A stretch of 36,169 nt of DNA from an archaeon (GTDB lineage: Archaea > Hydrothermarchaeota > Hydrothermarchaeia > Hydrothermarchaeales > BMS3B), in NCBI GenBank assembly GCA_026989875.1, contig JALSIP010000120.1, positions 1-36,169 of the forward strand, written 5' to 3'. This document shows positions 26,673 through 33,663 of the stretch, one piece after another. The notes under the pieces were generated by a model. The model was given only the letters and a program-made list of their open reading frames with translations, was not told the origin of the DNA and did no database searches. Within the stretch, counting starts at the first letter, position 1, and the number at the start of each line of letters is the position of its first letter. A program made the translations under genes and the position numbers.

Positions 26673-27380
26673 ATGGAGGTTGTGAAGACAGGAATCCCGG
26701 GGCTGGATAATCTGTTTGCTATAGGAGGATTCCCGAAAGGAAACACGATACTTGTAATTGGCGGACCCGGCAGCGGAAAGTCAATCTTTGGCATGCAGTA
26801 CATCTACACCGGCGTCACCAGGTACGATGAGCCGGGTATATTCATAACCTTTGACGAAACCCCGGACAAAATCAGAAGGAACATGAAGAGCTTCGGCTGG
26901 GACATTGAGAAGTACGAGAAGGAGCAGAAGCTGATACTCATGGATGCCGTGACCTACCGCATCTCCGACGATGTGGACGAGGAAATCCTGCGCACAGGGC
27001 TGGATGTGGACAACCTGATAGCCAACTTAGATGACGCGATAAACGCCATAGACGCAAAGAGGGTGGTGATAGACAGCCTGGCGGTAATGGGGCTGTATGC
27101 CCAGGATGAGTTTGAAAAGCGAACCAAGATTCTCAGGCTGTCAAAGCTGCTCAGCATGAGGGAGGTCACATCGCTGGTGATTACGGAGGGGCAGAGCGCA
27201 GACATCGGCATAAAGGAGTTTCCGATGGAAACCTTCATGTTTGACGGCGTGCTCATACTGCGCCTTGACTCAGAGACGCAGAAGCGCAGAATCTCAATAA
27301 GGAAGATGCGCGGTACCAAGCACGTCATAGGCTCCTTCAAGTTCACAATAGGCTCCAACGGAATTGAGCTCTCACCGTAG
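26673..27380 (+). CDS. single-domain KaiC-like RecA-superfamily ATPase
   Basis: TGIPGLDNLF..GGFPKGNTILVIGGPGSGKSIFGMQYIY (Walker A), ITFDETP, RVVIDSL (Walker B), RKMRGTKH. Confidence 0.9.
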   Translation: MEVVKTGIPGLDNLFAIGGFPKGNTILVIGGPGSGKSIFGMQYIYTGVTRYDEPGIFITFDETPDKIRRNMKSFGWDIEKYEKEQKLILMDAVTYRISDDVDEEILRTGLDVDNLIANLDDAINAIDAKRVVIDSLAVMGLYAQDEFEKRTKILRLSKLLSMREVTSLVITEGQSADIGIKEFPMETFMFDGVLILRLDSETQKRRISIRKMRGTKHVIGSFKFTIGSNGIELSP

Positions 27381-27388
27381 GTGCGGGA

Positions 27389-28039
27389 ATGCCTGTCGGA
27401 ATAAGCGTTTTCGCAGGGGACAGAAAGGGGCTGCTGAGGGACCTGAGCACGGTGATAGCGGAGCATGACGTTAACATAACCTACGTGCAGCAGTTCATGC
27501 TGGATGAGCTGGTGCAGGTGTACTTTGAGCTGGAGGGGGTGCGGGATGTTGAGGCGCTCAAGGGAGAGCTGCTGAAGGTGGAGAGCGTGGTGCAGGTGGA
27601 GGTGCACCGCCCCCTGGAGGATATATACGGAAAGAGGGTCATCGTCATAGGTGCCGGCGCTCAGGTGGCGCAGGTGGTGCTGGGGGCGGTGAGCGAGGCT
27701 GACAGGCACAACCTGCGGGGCGAGAGAATCAGCGTTGACACCATACCCTTAGCCGGGGAGGAGAAGCTTGCGGAGGCTGTGAGGGCTGTGGGCAGGCTGC
27801 ACAGGGCGGGGGTGCTGGTGCTGGCGGGCTCGCTAATGGGAGGCGAGGTGACCCGGGCGGTGCAGGAGCTGAAGGCTGACTACGGCATACCCGTGATATC
27901 ACTGAACATGGCAGGCTCTGTACCCGAGGTGGCTGACCTCGTTGTTACTGACCCCGTGCAGGCTGGTGTTATGGCGGTCATGAGCATCGCCAGCACCGCC
28001 AGCTTTGAGCTCAGCAGGCTGACCAAAAAGAGATTCTGA
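27389..28039 (+). CDS. ACT-domain protein with C-terminal Rossmann-like domain of unknown function
   Basis: ACT: VFAGDRKGLLRDLSTVIAEHDVNITYVQQF. It is followed by GKRVIVIGAGAQVAQVVLGA...VLVLAGSLMGG...IPVISLNMAGS. AGGTG lies 5 nt before the ATG, and the gene starts 8 nt after the kaiC-like stop. Confidence 0.8.
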   Translation: MPVGISVFAGDRKGLLRDLSTVIAEHDVNITYVQQFMLDELVQVYFELEGVRDVEALKGELLKVESVVQVEVHRPLEDIYGKRVIVIGAGAQVAQVVLGAVSEADRHNLRGERISVDTIPLAGEEKLAEAVRAVGRLHRAGVLVLAGSLMGGEVTRAVQELKADYGIPVISLNMAGSVPEVADLVVTDPVQAGVMAVMSIASTASFELSRLTKKRF

Positions 28040-29887
28040 GCGCCTGTGCACCACAAGAACGTTTATGCCGGCATGCTTGACTATGTGCTCTGAAAGCGAG
28101 CCCACGAGCTCGCTGAGCATGCCCCAGCCCGAATCCCCCAGCACCACAAGCTCCGCACCCCACTCCTCTGCCTCCCGCAGAATCTCCTCCTCAGGTATGC
28201 CCTGCCTGAAGCTGAAATCTGCACGAACGCCTTCTGCTTCTGCCTCTGACAGGAGCCGCCGCATGGCGGAGGGCCTCTCGTGATAAATTTCAAGCACATC
28301 CTCCAGAGAGAGGGGCAGGGTTTTCACCCTGTAAAGCACTGGCAGGGGGACTACGTGGATTATGCGAAGCTCTGCTCCGAAGATTTTTGCAATCTCAATA
28401 CCTGCCCGCAGCACAGCTGGACGATGTTCCGGCAGCCTGAGGCAAACCAGCACCCTGCTGATGCGCTCATCCCTCACCACCAGGGTTGTGGTGCGCATCC
28501 TCGCCACCACCTTCTCGGAGTTGCTTCCCAGCAGATGCTCGGCTATGCTCCTCGTCCCATGAGAGCCGAGGACCAGCAAACCGTGACGCCTGCTCTCCTG
28601 CAGAATCTCAGCCGCCGGAGCGCCCTCTCTCACCACAACCTCTGCATCCGCACCCTCAGCACGCACCACCTCCAGCGAGCGGCGCTTAACATGCTCTACC
28701 TCCATGCCTGGCTCTCTGACCACCAGCAGGGTGAGCCTCTCGCCGGTGCGCACCGCAATCCTTGCTGCAAGCCGCAGCGCACGCATCGCATGCACCGAGC
28801 CGCCGCTGGCCGCGAGCACGCCACCTGCCGGCGAGGTGGAAACATGCTCCCCCGCAACGCCTCTGAGAGTGCAGATCACTATATTGAGCGTCATCATGCC
28901 CGCAGAGCCAAAGAGCAGAAGCAATGCCAGGCTCTCCGCATACCCGTAGCCCAGCATTACCGCCGCCTGCTTGAGAGCCACACTAAGGGCAGCAAGGAGC
29001 ATGGTGAGCGCAAAGTAAAACCTGATTTTTACACCCCGCACGTGCTTCGTTCCGAGAGCACCGATGTGAGCACCCAGCGCAGAGCCGGGAAGCATGAGCA
29101 TCGCCGCCAGCAGCTCCACCCTCGCCTCCCTGGCGTAGAGTACCGTGCCTATGGCGGAGGAGAAGATTATCTCAAAGAGGTCCGTGCCTATAGCCACTGT
29201 TGTCGGCACACCAAGCAAGTAAATCATTGCGGGCATCCTTATGAATCCACCACCCACGCCCAGAAAGCCGGAAAGCATGCCTGTAACGAAACCCAGCCCC
29301 AGTACCAGCCACAGAGAGACCCGGGGTATGCCGGAAGCTGGCAGCGATACCATCGGCGGTATGCACAGCCTCCTCAGGTGTCCCCCGTACCCGATACCAG
29401 GGGTGCTGCCCCTCAGGTATTCGTGAAGCATGTACATAGAGGTGCCACCCAGAAGCAGAATGTAAAAGCTTCTGACCGTGCTCCCTGCTGTACCACCTGC
29501 CTCAAGGGTAAGCACCATAAGCTTGCCCGCCTCAACACCTGCCGCGGTGCCGGCTATCATGAACATGCCGAGACGCAGATCAAGATTTCCCAGCTTCCTG
29601 TGCCTTGCGGTAGCCACAACCGAGTTGCCCATGATGTGCGCCAGGTCTGTGCCTATAGCATAAGCCACCGGCATGCCGAGAATGTTCAGAGCAGGCGTGA
29701 CAAGAAACCCACCGCCTATGCCGAAGAACCCGGCGAGCACACCGGCGCAGAAGCCCAGCAGCACCAGCAGAGGTGCACTTATCTCCACACCAGATGACGG
29801 CAGGTAAATGCGATCACCCCCGCATCGCAGCAAGAAGCCTGCCGGAAAGCTCCAGCATACCCGCCAGCAGCAGCGCCTCAAGCACAA
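27899..29887 (-). CDS. TauE/SafE (TSUP, DUF81) permease fused to two universal stress protein domains
   Basis: Two GxxGxGGGF half-repeats (LAGFFGIGGGFLVTPAL, LSGFLGVGGGFIRMPAM) within about 8 TM segments. USP1 has GSHGTRSIAEHLLGS (G-x2-G-x9-G-S) and USP2 has GDSGWGMLSELVGS. The start is uncertain: TTG at 29887, or more plausibly GTG at 29788 (VEISAPLLVLL...). Confidence 0.85.
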   Translation of the reverse strand: MCLRRCCWRVCWSFPAGFLLRCGGDRIYLPSSGVEISAPLLVLLGFCAGVLAGFFGIGGGFLVTPALNILGMPVAYAIGTDLAHIMGNSVVATARHRKLGNLDLRLGMFMIAGTAAGVEAGKLMVLTLEAGGTAGSTVRSFYILLLGGTSMYMLHEYLRGSTPGIGYGGHLRRLCIPPMVSLPASGIPRVSLWLVLGLGFVTGMLSGFLGVGGGFIRMPAMIYLLGVPTTVAIGTDLFEIIFSSAIGTVLYAREARVELLAAMLMLPGSALGAHIGALGTKHVRGVKIRFYFALTMLLAALSVALKQAAVMLGYGYAESLALLLLFGSAGMMTLNIVICTLRGVAGEHVSTSPAGGVLAASGGSVHAMRALRLAARIAVRTGERLTLLVVREPGMEVEHVKRRSLEVVRAEGADAEVVVREGAPAAEILQESRRHGLLVLGSHGTRSIAEHLLGSNSEKVVARMRTTTLVVRDERISRVLVCLRLPEHRPAVLRAGIEIAKIFGAELRIIHVVPLPVLYRVKTLPLSLEDVLEIYHERPSAMRRLLSEAEAEGVRADFSFRQGIPEEEILREAEEWGAELVVLGDSGWGMLSELVGSLSEHIVKHAGINVLVVHRRSESLFGQPAELKAGGAGDAHDRHNTSLHGVSNNEVSHLGYRACHVQ

Positions 29888-30017
29888 TCACGACAACCAC
29901 AGAAATGGCATACTCCCACGTACCCTCCACAGGATTCACCGCACAGCCCCCACTGGTTACCATCTAACCACGGAGAAACTTAAAGGTTTCCATGCGGGTT
30001 TTTCTGCATAACTTACG

Positions 30018-30050
30018 GCATCCGAAAGTAAAAGTATTTAGTATATTGCA
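30018..30050 (+). promoter_or_regulatory. BRE/TATA upstream of the zinc-ribbon micro-ORF
   Basis: gcatCCGAAAGTAAAAGTATTTAGTATATTg lies 20-45 nt upstream of the ATG at 30066, consistent with a leaderless or very short-leader mRNA. Confidence 0.5.
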
Positions 30051-30065
30051 TTTAATCAGATTATC

Positions 30066-30209
30066 ATGTGGGTATGTCCAGTATGTGGCGCAACAAAGTT
30101 TGCTTTTGTGCCGAACGGGGGAAAGAACCACAGAATCAGGTGCGCGCTGTGCGAGCACACCTTTGTGCTGGAGGAGCCGCTTATAAGCGGCTACAGCAGG
30201 GACTGGTAG
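30066..30209 (+). CDS. 47-aa CPxCG zinc-ribbon microprotein
   Basis: Hand translation gives MWVCPVCGATKFAFVPNGGKNHRIRCALCEHTFVLEEPLISGYSRDW, ending at the TAG at 30207-30209, with a CPxC...CxxC knuckle pair. It has its own AT-rich promoter and is absent from the ORF track (under 60 aa). Confidence 0.55.
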   Translation: MWVCPVCGATKFAFVPNGGKNHRIRCALCEHTFVLEEPLISGYSRDW

Positions 30210-31329
30210 CCGGCAGGGTTATCCTGCACAGCACGCCCCTCTCCTTCTTTCTGCATTCCACCTCAACCCCGCCGCTGTGCAGCTCAACTATCTTTCTGGC
30301 GAGGGTGAGACCGAGGCCAACACCCGGGTAACGCCTGGTGGTTGACATGTCACCCTGAAAGAAGGGCTCAAAAATCAGCTCCATCTGCTCCTCGGCTATG
30401 CCCACGCCAGTATCGCAAACCACAACCTCAACGCTACCGTTGCAGGCTCGCACCTCCACCCTGACGCAGCCGCCCTCACGGTTGAACTTTATGGAGTTGT
30501 CCAGCACCTCCTCTATGGCATGCCTCAGGTAGTCAGGGTCTGCAAAAACCCTCGCGCCGCAGGCTGTGCGCAGCTCAAGCCTCACTCCCTTCTCCACGGC
30601 GAAGGGAAGCTTCCTGAGCATCGCCTCCTCAACTATCTCGGCAAGGTCGCACTCCCTGAGGTTCAGGCTGAGAACTCCGCACTGTATCTTGTAGAGCTCT
30701 GACATTCTCTCTATTATGCTGTTCTGCCTCATCAGGCTCCTCTTGGCCATCTCAAGCAGCTCTTCACGTTTCGCTCCATTTCTCTCAGTCATTGCCAGGC
30801 TTATACATCCGAGGGCAATGGTAAGCGGTGTTTTAAGCTCATGCGCCACTATGCTCAGCGTGTCTTTTATGGCTCTCTCAAACCTTGACAGCTTCATGTT
30901 TCTGCGCAGGAGGTTGCGGCACACCGTCTCCAGAGTTTCAATCAGCCTGCTCTCCCTGCTGAGCAGCATTATTGCTCCGTCTGCGCTCATGCCGTCTGAG
31001 AGGGGCAGAAAGCAAACCTCACCATCCGCAGCACACGGCACCTGAGTGGCTCTCACCGCACGCCGCTGGGCGCTTGCCCTCTTAGCCGGGCATGTGGCTT
31101 CAGCCATGGAGCAGCCAAAAACCTCCCGGCACCGCCTCCCGAGAACCTGAACACCCGCAAGCTTTTTAAACTCGGAATTGCAGGAAGTTATAGTGAGAGA
31201 GGAATCAATCTCGGCAACCGGTGGCTCGCTGCGCATGACAGCATTCATGTGGTTGATGAGCCGCTCAATCTCAGCGGGGTTATTCGCCGTGTTGCTCGTG
31301 TATCCAGCCACCCCATCACCAACAGTCAT
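30181..31329 (-). CDS. cytoplasmic sensor histidine kinase with Cys-rich PAS-like N-terminal domain
   Basis: No TM segments. H-box IVAHELKTPLT, N-box EEVLDNSIKFN, G-boxes VCDTGVGIA and GVGLGLTLA. The N-domain contains C-x16-C-x5-C-x6-C-x18-C-x6-C. Confidence 0.9.
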   Translation of the reverse strand: MTVGDGVAGYTSNTANNPAEIERLINHMNAVMRSEPPVAEIDSSLTITSCNSEFKKLAGVQVLGRRCREVFGCSMAEATCPAKRASAQRRAVRATQVPCAADGEVCFLPLSDGMSADGAIMLLSRESRLIETLETVCRNLLRRNMKLSRFERAIKDTLSIVAHELKTPLTIALGCISLAMTERNGAKREELLEMAKRSLMRQNSIIERMSELYKIQCGVLSLNLRECDLAEIVEEAMLRKLPFAVEKGVRLELRTACGARVFADPDYLRHAIEEVLDNSIKFNREGGCVRVEVRACNGSVEVVVCDTGVGIAEEQMELIFEPFFQGDMSTTRRYPGVGLGLTLARKIVELHSGGVEVECRKKERGVLCRITLPATSPCCSRL

Positions 31330-31461
31330 TCAGAAAGACTATTAAGCTCTGGCAGCCAAGATAAACATTATCTTTCGGTACGGGAAACAGAGTTTCAGAC
31401 CACGAAAAGATAAGTTAATATACCCGCGTCTGCAAGAACCTTTGGACTCCAGCAGTGAGAG
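31330..31461. promoter_or_regulatory. divergent promoter region between the kinase and the CheY-like regulator
   Basis: Minus strand: CCGAAAG-ATAATGTTTATC (31356-31378). Plus strand: CGAAAAG-ATAAGTTAATATA (31403-31422). Confidence 0.5.
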
Positions 31462-31842
31462 GTGGCGGAATTGAAGAAGATACTGGCGGTGGACGATGAA
31501 AAGGAGATAACAGCGATAGTCAAGAAGCTGCTCAGCTCTGAGGGGTTTGAGGTTGTCACCGCCAACTCTGGCAGGGAGGCGCTTGAGGTGCTGGAGAGGT
31601 TCAAACCCGACTTCATATTCCTGGACCTCTTCATGCCAGAGATGAGTGGATGGGAGGTGCTCAGGGAGATTCGGAAGAGGCACGGCGAGATCCCTGTGGC
31701 GATGCTCACCGTGCATCCGCTCTACGAGTCCATGGGGAGGGAGGAGATGAACATGGTGGTTGACTACATCACCAAACCCTTTGACAAGGAAGATTTGATA
31801 CAGACGCTGCGCCAGGTACCGGGGCTGTACGAGAAGGATTAG
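31462..31842 (+). CDS. stand-alone CheY-like response regulator receiver
   Basis: KKILAVDDEKE, FIFLDLFMPEMSG, AMLTV and ITKPF. The track start is the GTG at 31462. The TTG at 31471 has GGTG 6 nt upstream and gives MKKILAVDDE. Confidence 0.9.
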   Translation: MAELKKILAVDDEKEITAIVKKLLSSEGFEVVTANSGREALEVLERFKPDFIFLDLFMPEMSGWEVLREIRKRHGEIPVAMLTVHPLYESMGREEMNMVVDYITKPFDKEDLIQTLRQVPGLYEKD

Positions 31843-31845
31843 ATA

Positions 31846-31897
31846 GGAAAGTATTTCAGCATCCGAAATTTCATGCGAAAGACAAGAGTATTAAAAG
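31846..31897 (+). promoter_or_regulatory. BRE/TATA candidates for the wHTH-led gene string
   Basis: GGAAAGTATTTCAG (31846-31859) and GCGAAAG...GTATTAAAAG (31875-31897). The second lies about 25-30 nt from the ATG at 31920, which would give a near-leaderless mRNA. Confidence 0.4.
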
Positions 31898-31919
31898 TCC
31901 TGGCTGCCACTTTATTTTC

Positions 31920-32270
31920 ATGGGGAAGCTGAGGGGCGCTGGAGCTGAGAGAAGCTCCTTCTACTACATAGACCCGGTAATAATAAGAGCCCTGAACAAG
32001 AGCGACCTGCGCAGAAAGGTGCTGTTCTATCTTGATGCCATCTACCCCAACTTCACCTACCTGTCGGAGATGGCAAGGGCTATAAAGTCAGACCCCTCCA
32101 ATGTTCTGGGGTGTCTTAAGGGGATGGGCAACAGGTACAACGGCAACAGCTCCCTGATAGAGCTGGGGCTGGTGGAGTGTGTTGAGAAGGGGGGCCACAA
32201 GTACTACAGGCTGACGGAATACGGCAAGGAGGTGGTCAGGTATTCAAGAGAGTATTACAGAATCTACTGA
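31920..32270 (+). CDS. winged-helix (ArsR/archaeal HTH-like) transcriptional regulator
   Basis: IIRALNKSDLRRKVLFYLDAIYPNFTYLSEMARAIKSDPSNVLGCLKGM...LGLVECVEKGGHKYYRLTEYGKEV. Confidence 0.75.
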   Translation: MGKLRGAGAERSSFYYIDPVIIRALNKSDLRRKVLFYLDAIYPNFTYLSEMARAIKSDPSNVLGCLKGMGNRYNGNSSLIELGLVECVEKGGHKYYRLTEYGKEVVRYSREYYRIY

Positions 32271-32271
32271 G

Positions 32272-33237
32272 GTGGAGCTCAGCCCCGAGTGCAGGAAGCT
32301 GGTGGCTAAGATAGAGAGCACCGTTGAGCTCAACAGCAGGAACCTCATGCTGAACCTGATAAAGCTGGGAACAAAACTTGGACTCATACAGAACGGCAGA
32401 ATCGCACCTGAAAGGGCACCGGTGCAGAATCGCAGGTTTCTGGAGAGATACCTGAAGGTGCTGCTTGATATAGGGGTGATGGTCAGAAAGGGGGAGGAGT
32501 ACGAGCTCCAGCAGCTTGTGCTAAGCTTCAGCACCGCAGACTTTGAGAACACCATCCCCGAGTACATAACCATGTACGACTACATCGCCTCTATGGCGCA
32601 CTACAAGGCGATAAACGAGAACCACCCCAACGTGCTCATGTGCTTCGGCAAGGATGCCGACGTGTGGGACTTCTTCCTGTCCAACCCCTTCTGCAGGGCG
32701 TACCGCGAGGTGTGCCGCGAGCTTGCAGGCATTGACAGAAACAGCAGGGTGCTGGATGCAGGCTGCGGCTCTGTTTCGCCGGTGTTCTTTGCTGAGATGG
32801 TTGCACCCAACGGGATATACAGGGGGGTGGAGAAGTACTCCAGTCTCGCCTCGCTTGCCACCAAGCGCCTGAAGCGCGGTGGCTACGACTGGGCTGGCGT
32901 GAGCGTCGCCGCCATTGAGGACGTGTTCGTGAGCTCAAAATACGACTGCGTGCTCTGCACGGATGTGCTGAGCTACCTGAGCCACCCAGCCATAGCGCTG
33001 AGGAACATGCTCAAAGCGCTCAGGAAGGGTGGAAGGCTGGTGATATTCAGTCTGTTCCCGGACAGAATGGACTTTGTTTACAGAGCCTATGAGTTCTACA
33101 ACTCCATGAATCCTGCTTTCTCAAGGTTCATGAAGACTGCAGAGGTTGCAAGCATGATTGAGAGACTTGACAGGAAGGCTGATGTGGAGGCTGTGGGTGG
33201 GTGCTTCTTAGTGGTTGAGAAGAGGGGCGGCGGATGA
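32272..33237 (+). CDS. class I SAM-dependent methyltransferase with N-terminal wHTH-like domain (O-methyltransferase-like architecture)
   Basis: Motif I RVLDAGCGSVSP, post-I GVEK and motif-III-like YDCVLCTDVLSYL..LKKGGRLVI. The GTG start is 1 nt after the preceding stop. Confidence 0.82.
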   Translation: MELSPECRKLVAKIESTVELNSRNLMLNLIKLGTKLGLIQNGRIAPERAPVQNRRFLERYLKVLLDIGVMVRKGEEYELQQLVLSFSTADFENTIPEYITMYDYIASMAHYKAINENHPNVLMCFGKDADVWDFFLSNPFCRAYREVCRELAGIDRNSRVLDAGCGSVSPVFFAEMVAPNGIYRGVEKYSSLASLATKRLKRGGYDWAGVSVAAIEDVFVSSKYDCVLCTDVLSYLSHPAIALRNMLKALRKGGRLVIFSLFPDRMDFVYRAYEFYNSMNPAFSRFMKTAEVASMIERLDRKADVEAVGGCFLVVEKRGGG

Positions 33238-33641
33238 GCAAGCTGGTGGTGCTTTTTCCCGTGGATAAGTCCTGGAAGAAGTCTGCCAGAGTGCTCCCCC
33301 TGCTGAAAAAGCTGCAGAAGAGCTGCAGATGCGAGATTCACGCGGTGTTCATCGTTGACCCCACCCTTGAGCAGAAGAGCCCGGAGCTTGAGTCCGAGGC
33401 GCTTAGGCTGGCGGAGGAGGCGTGGAGGAGAATAAAAGCCGAGCTCAACGGGTGCACGAGCTGGAGCGTCAGAAGGGGCGAGCCTGTGGGTGAGATTATC
33501 GCCCACGCAAAGGAGGTGGATGCCGACCTGATAATCATGCCCACCTCAGGGCTGTGCAGAACCCTGCTGCACAGCGTCACCGAGAGGGTGGTGAGGCTCT
33601 CGGGCAGACCCGTGCTCACGGTGTACGTGCCTGAGGGGTGA
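33234..33641 (+). CDS. universal stress protein family protein (ATP motif degenerate)
   Basis: LVVLFPVD...GEPVGEIIAHAKEVDADLIIMPTSG...VTERVVRLSGRPVLTV. It lacks G-x2-G-x9-G(S/T). An ATGA overlap joins it to the methyltransferase gene. Confidence 0.78.
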   Translation: MSKLVVLFPVDKSWKKSARVLPLLKKLQKSCRCEIHAVFIVDPTLEQKSPELESEALRLAEEAWRRIKAELNGCTSWSVRRGEPVGEIIAHAKEVDADLIIMPTSGLCRTLLHSVTERVVRLSGRPVLTVYVPEG

Positions 33642-33663
33642 TTTTAAGAGGTTACCGCCCCGG

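Noticed and set aside
28280-29797. 505-aa plus-strand ORF antisense to the TauE-USP gene.
   Set aside because: The explanation is the same. Its composition (H, R, Q, P rich) is not protein-like, whereas the opposite strand has clear TSUP and USP motifs.
30018-31868. Shared words GCATCCGAAA (30018 and 31859) and AAAGTATTT (30031 and 31848) in two promoter regions, considered as a common operator.
   Set aside because: Both words largely coincide with what appears to be this genome's BRE/TATA consensus (cGAAAg followed by TATTTA/TATTAAA). The same consensus recurs at 21-36(-), 3624-3638(-), 31372-31378(-) and 31403-31422(+). The match is therefore mostly explained by core promoter elements rather than a specific regulator site.
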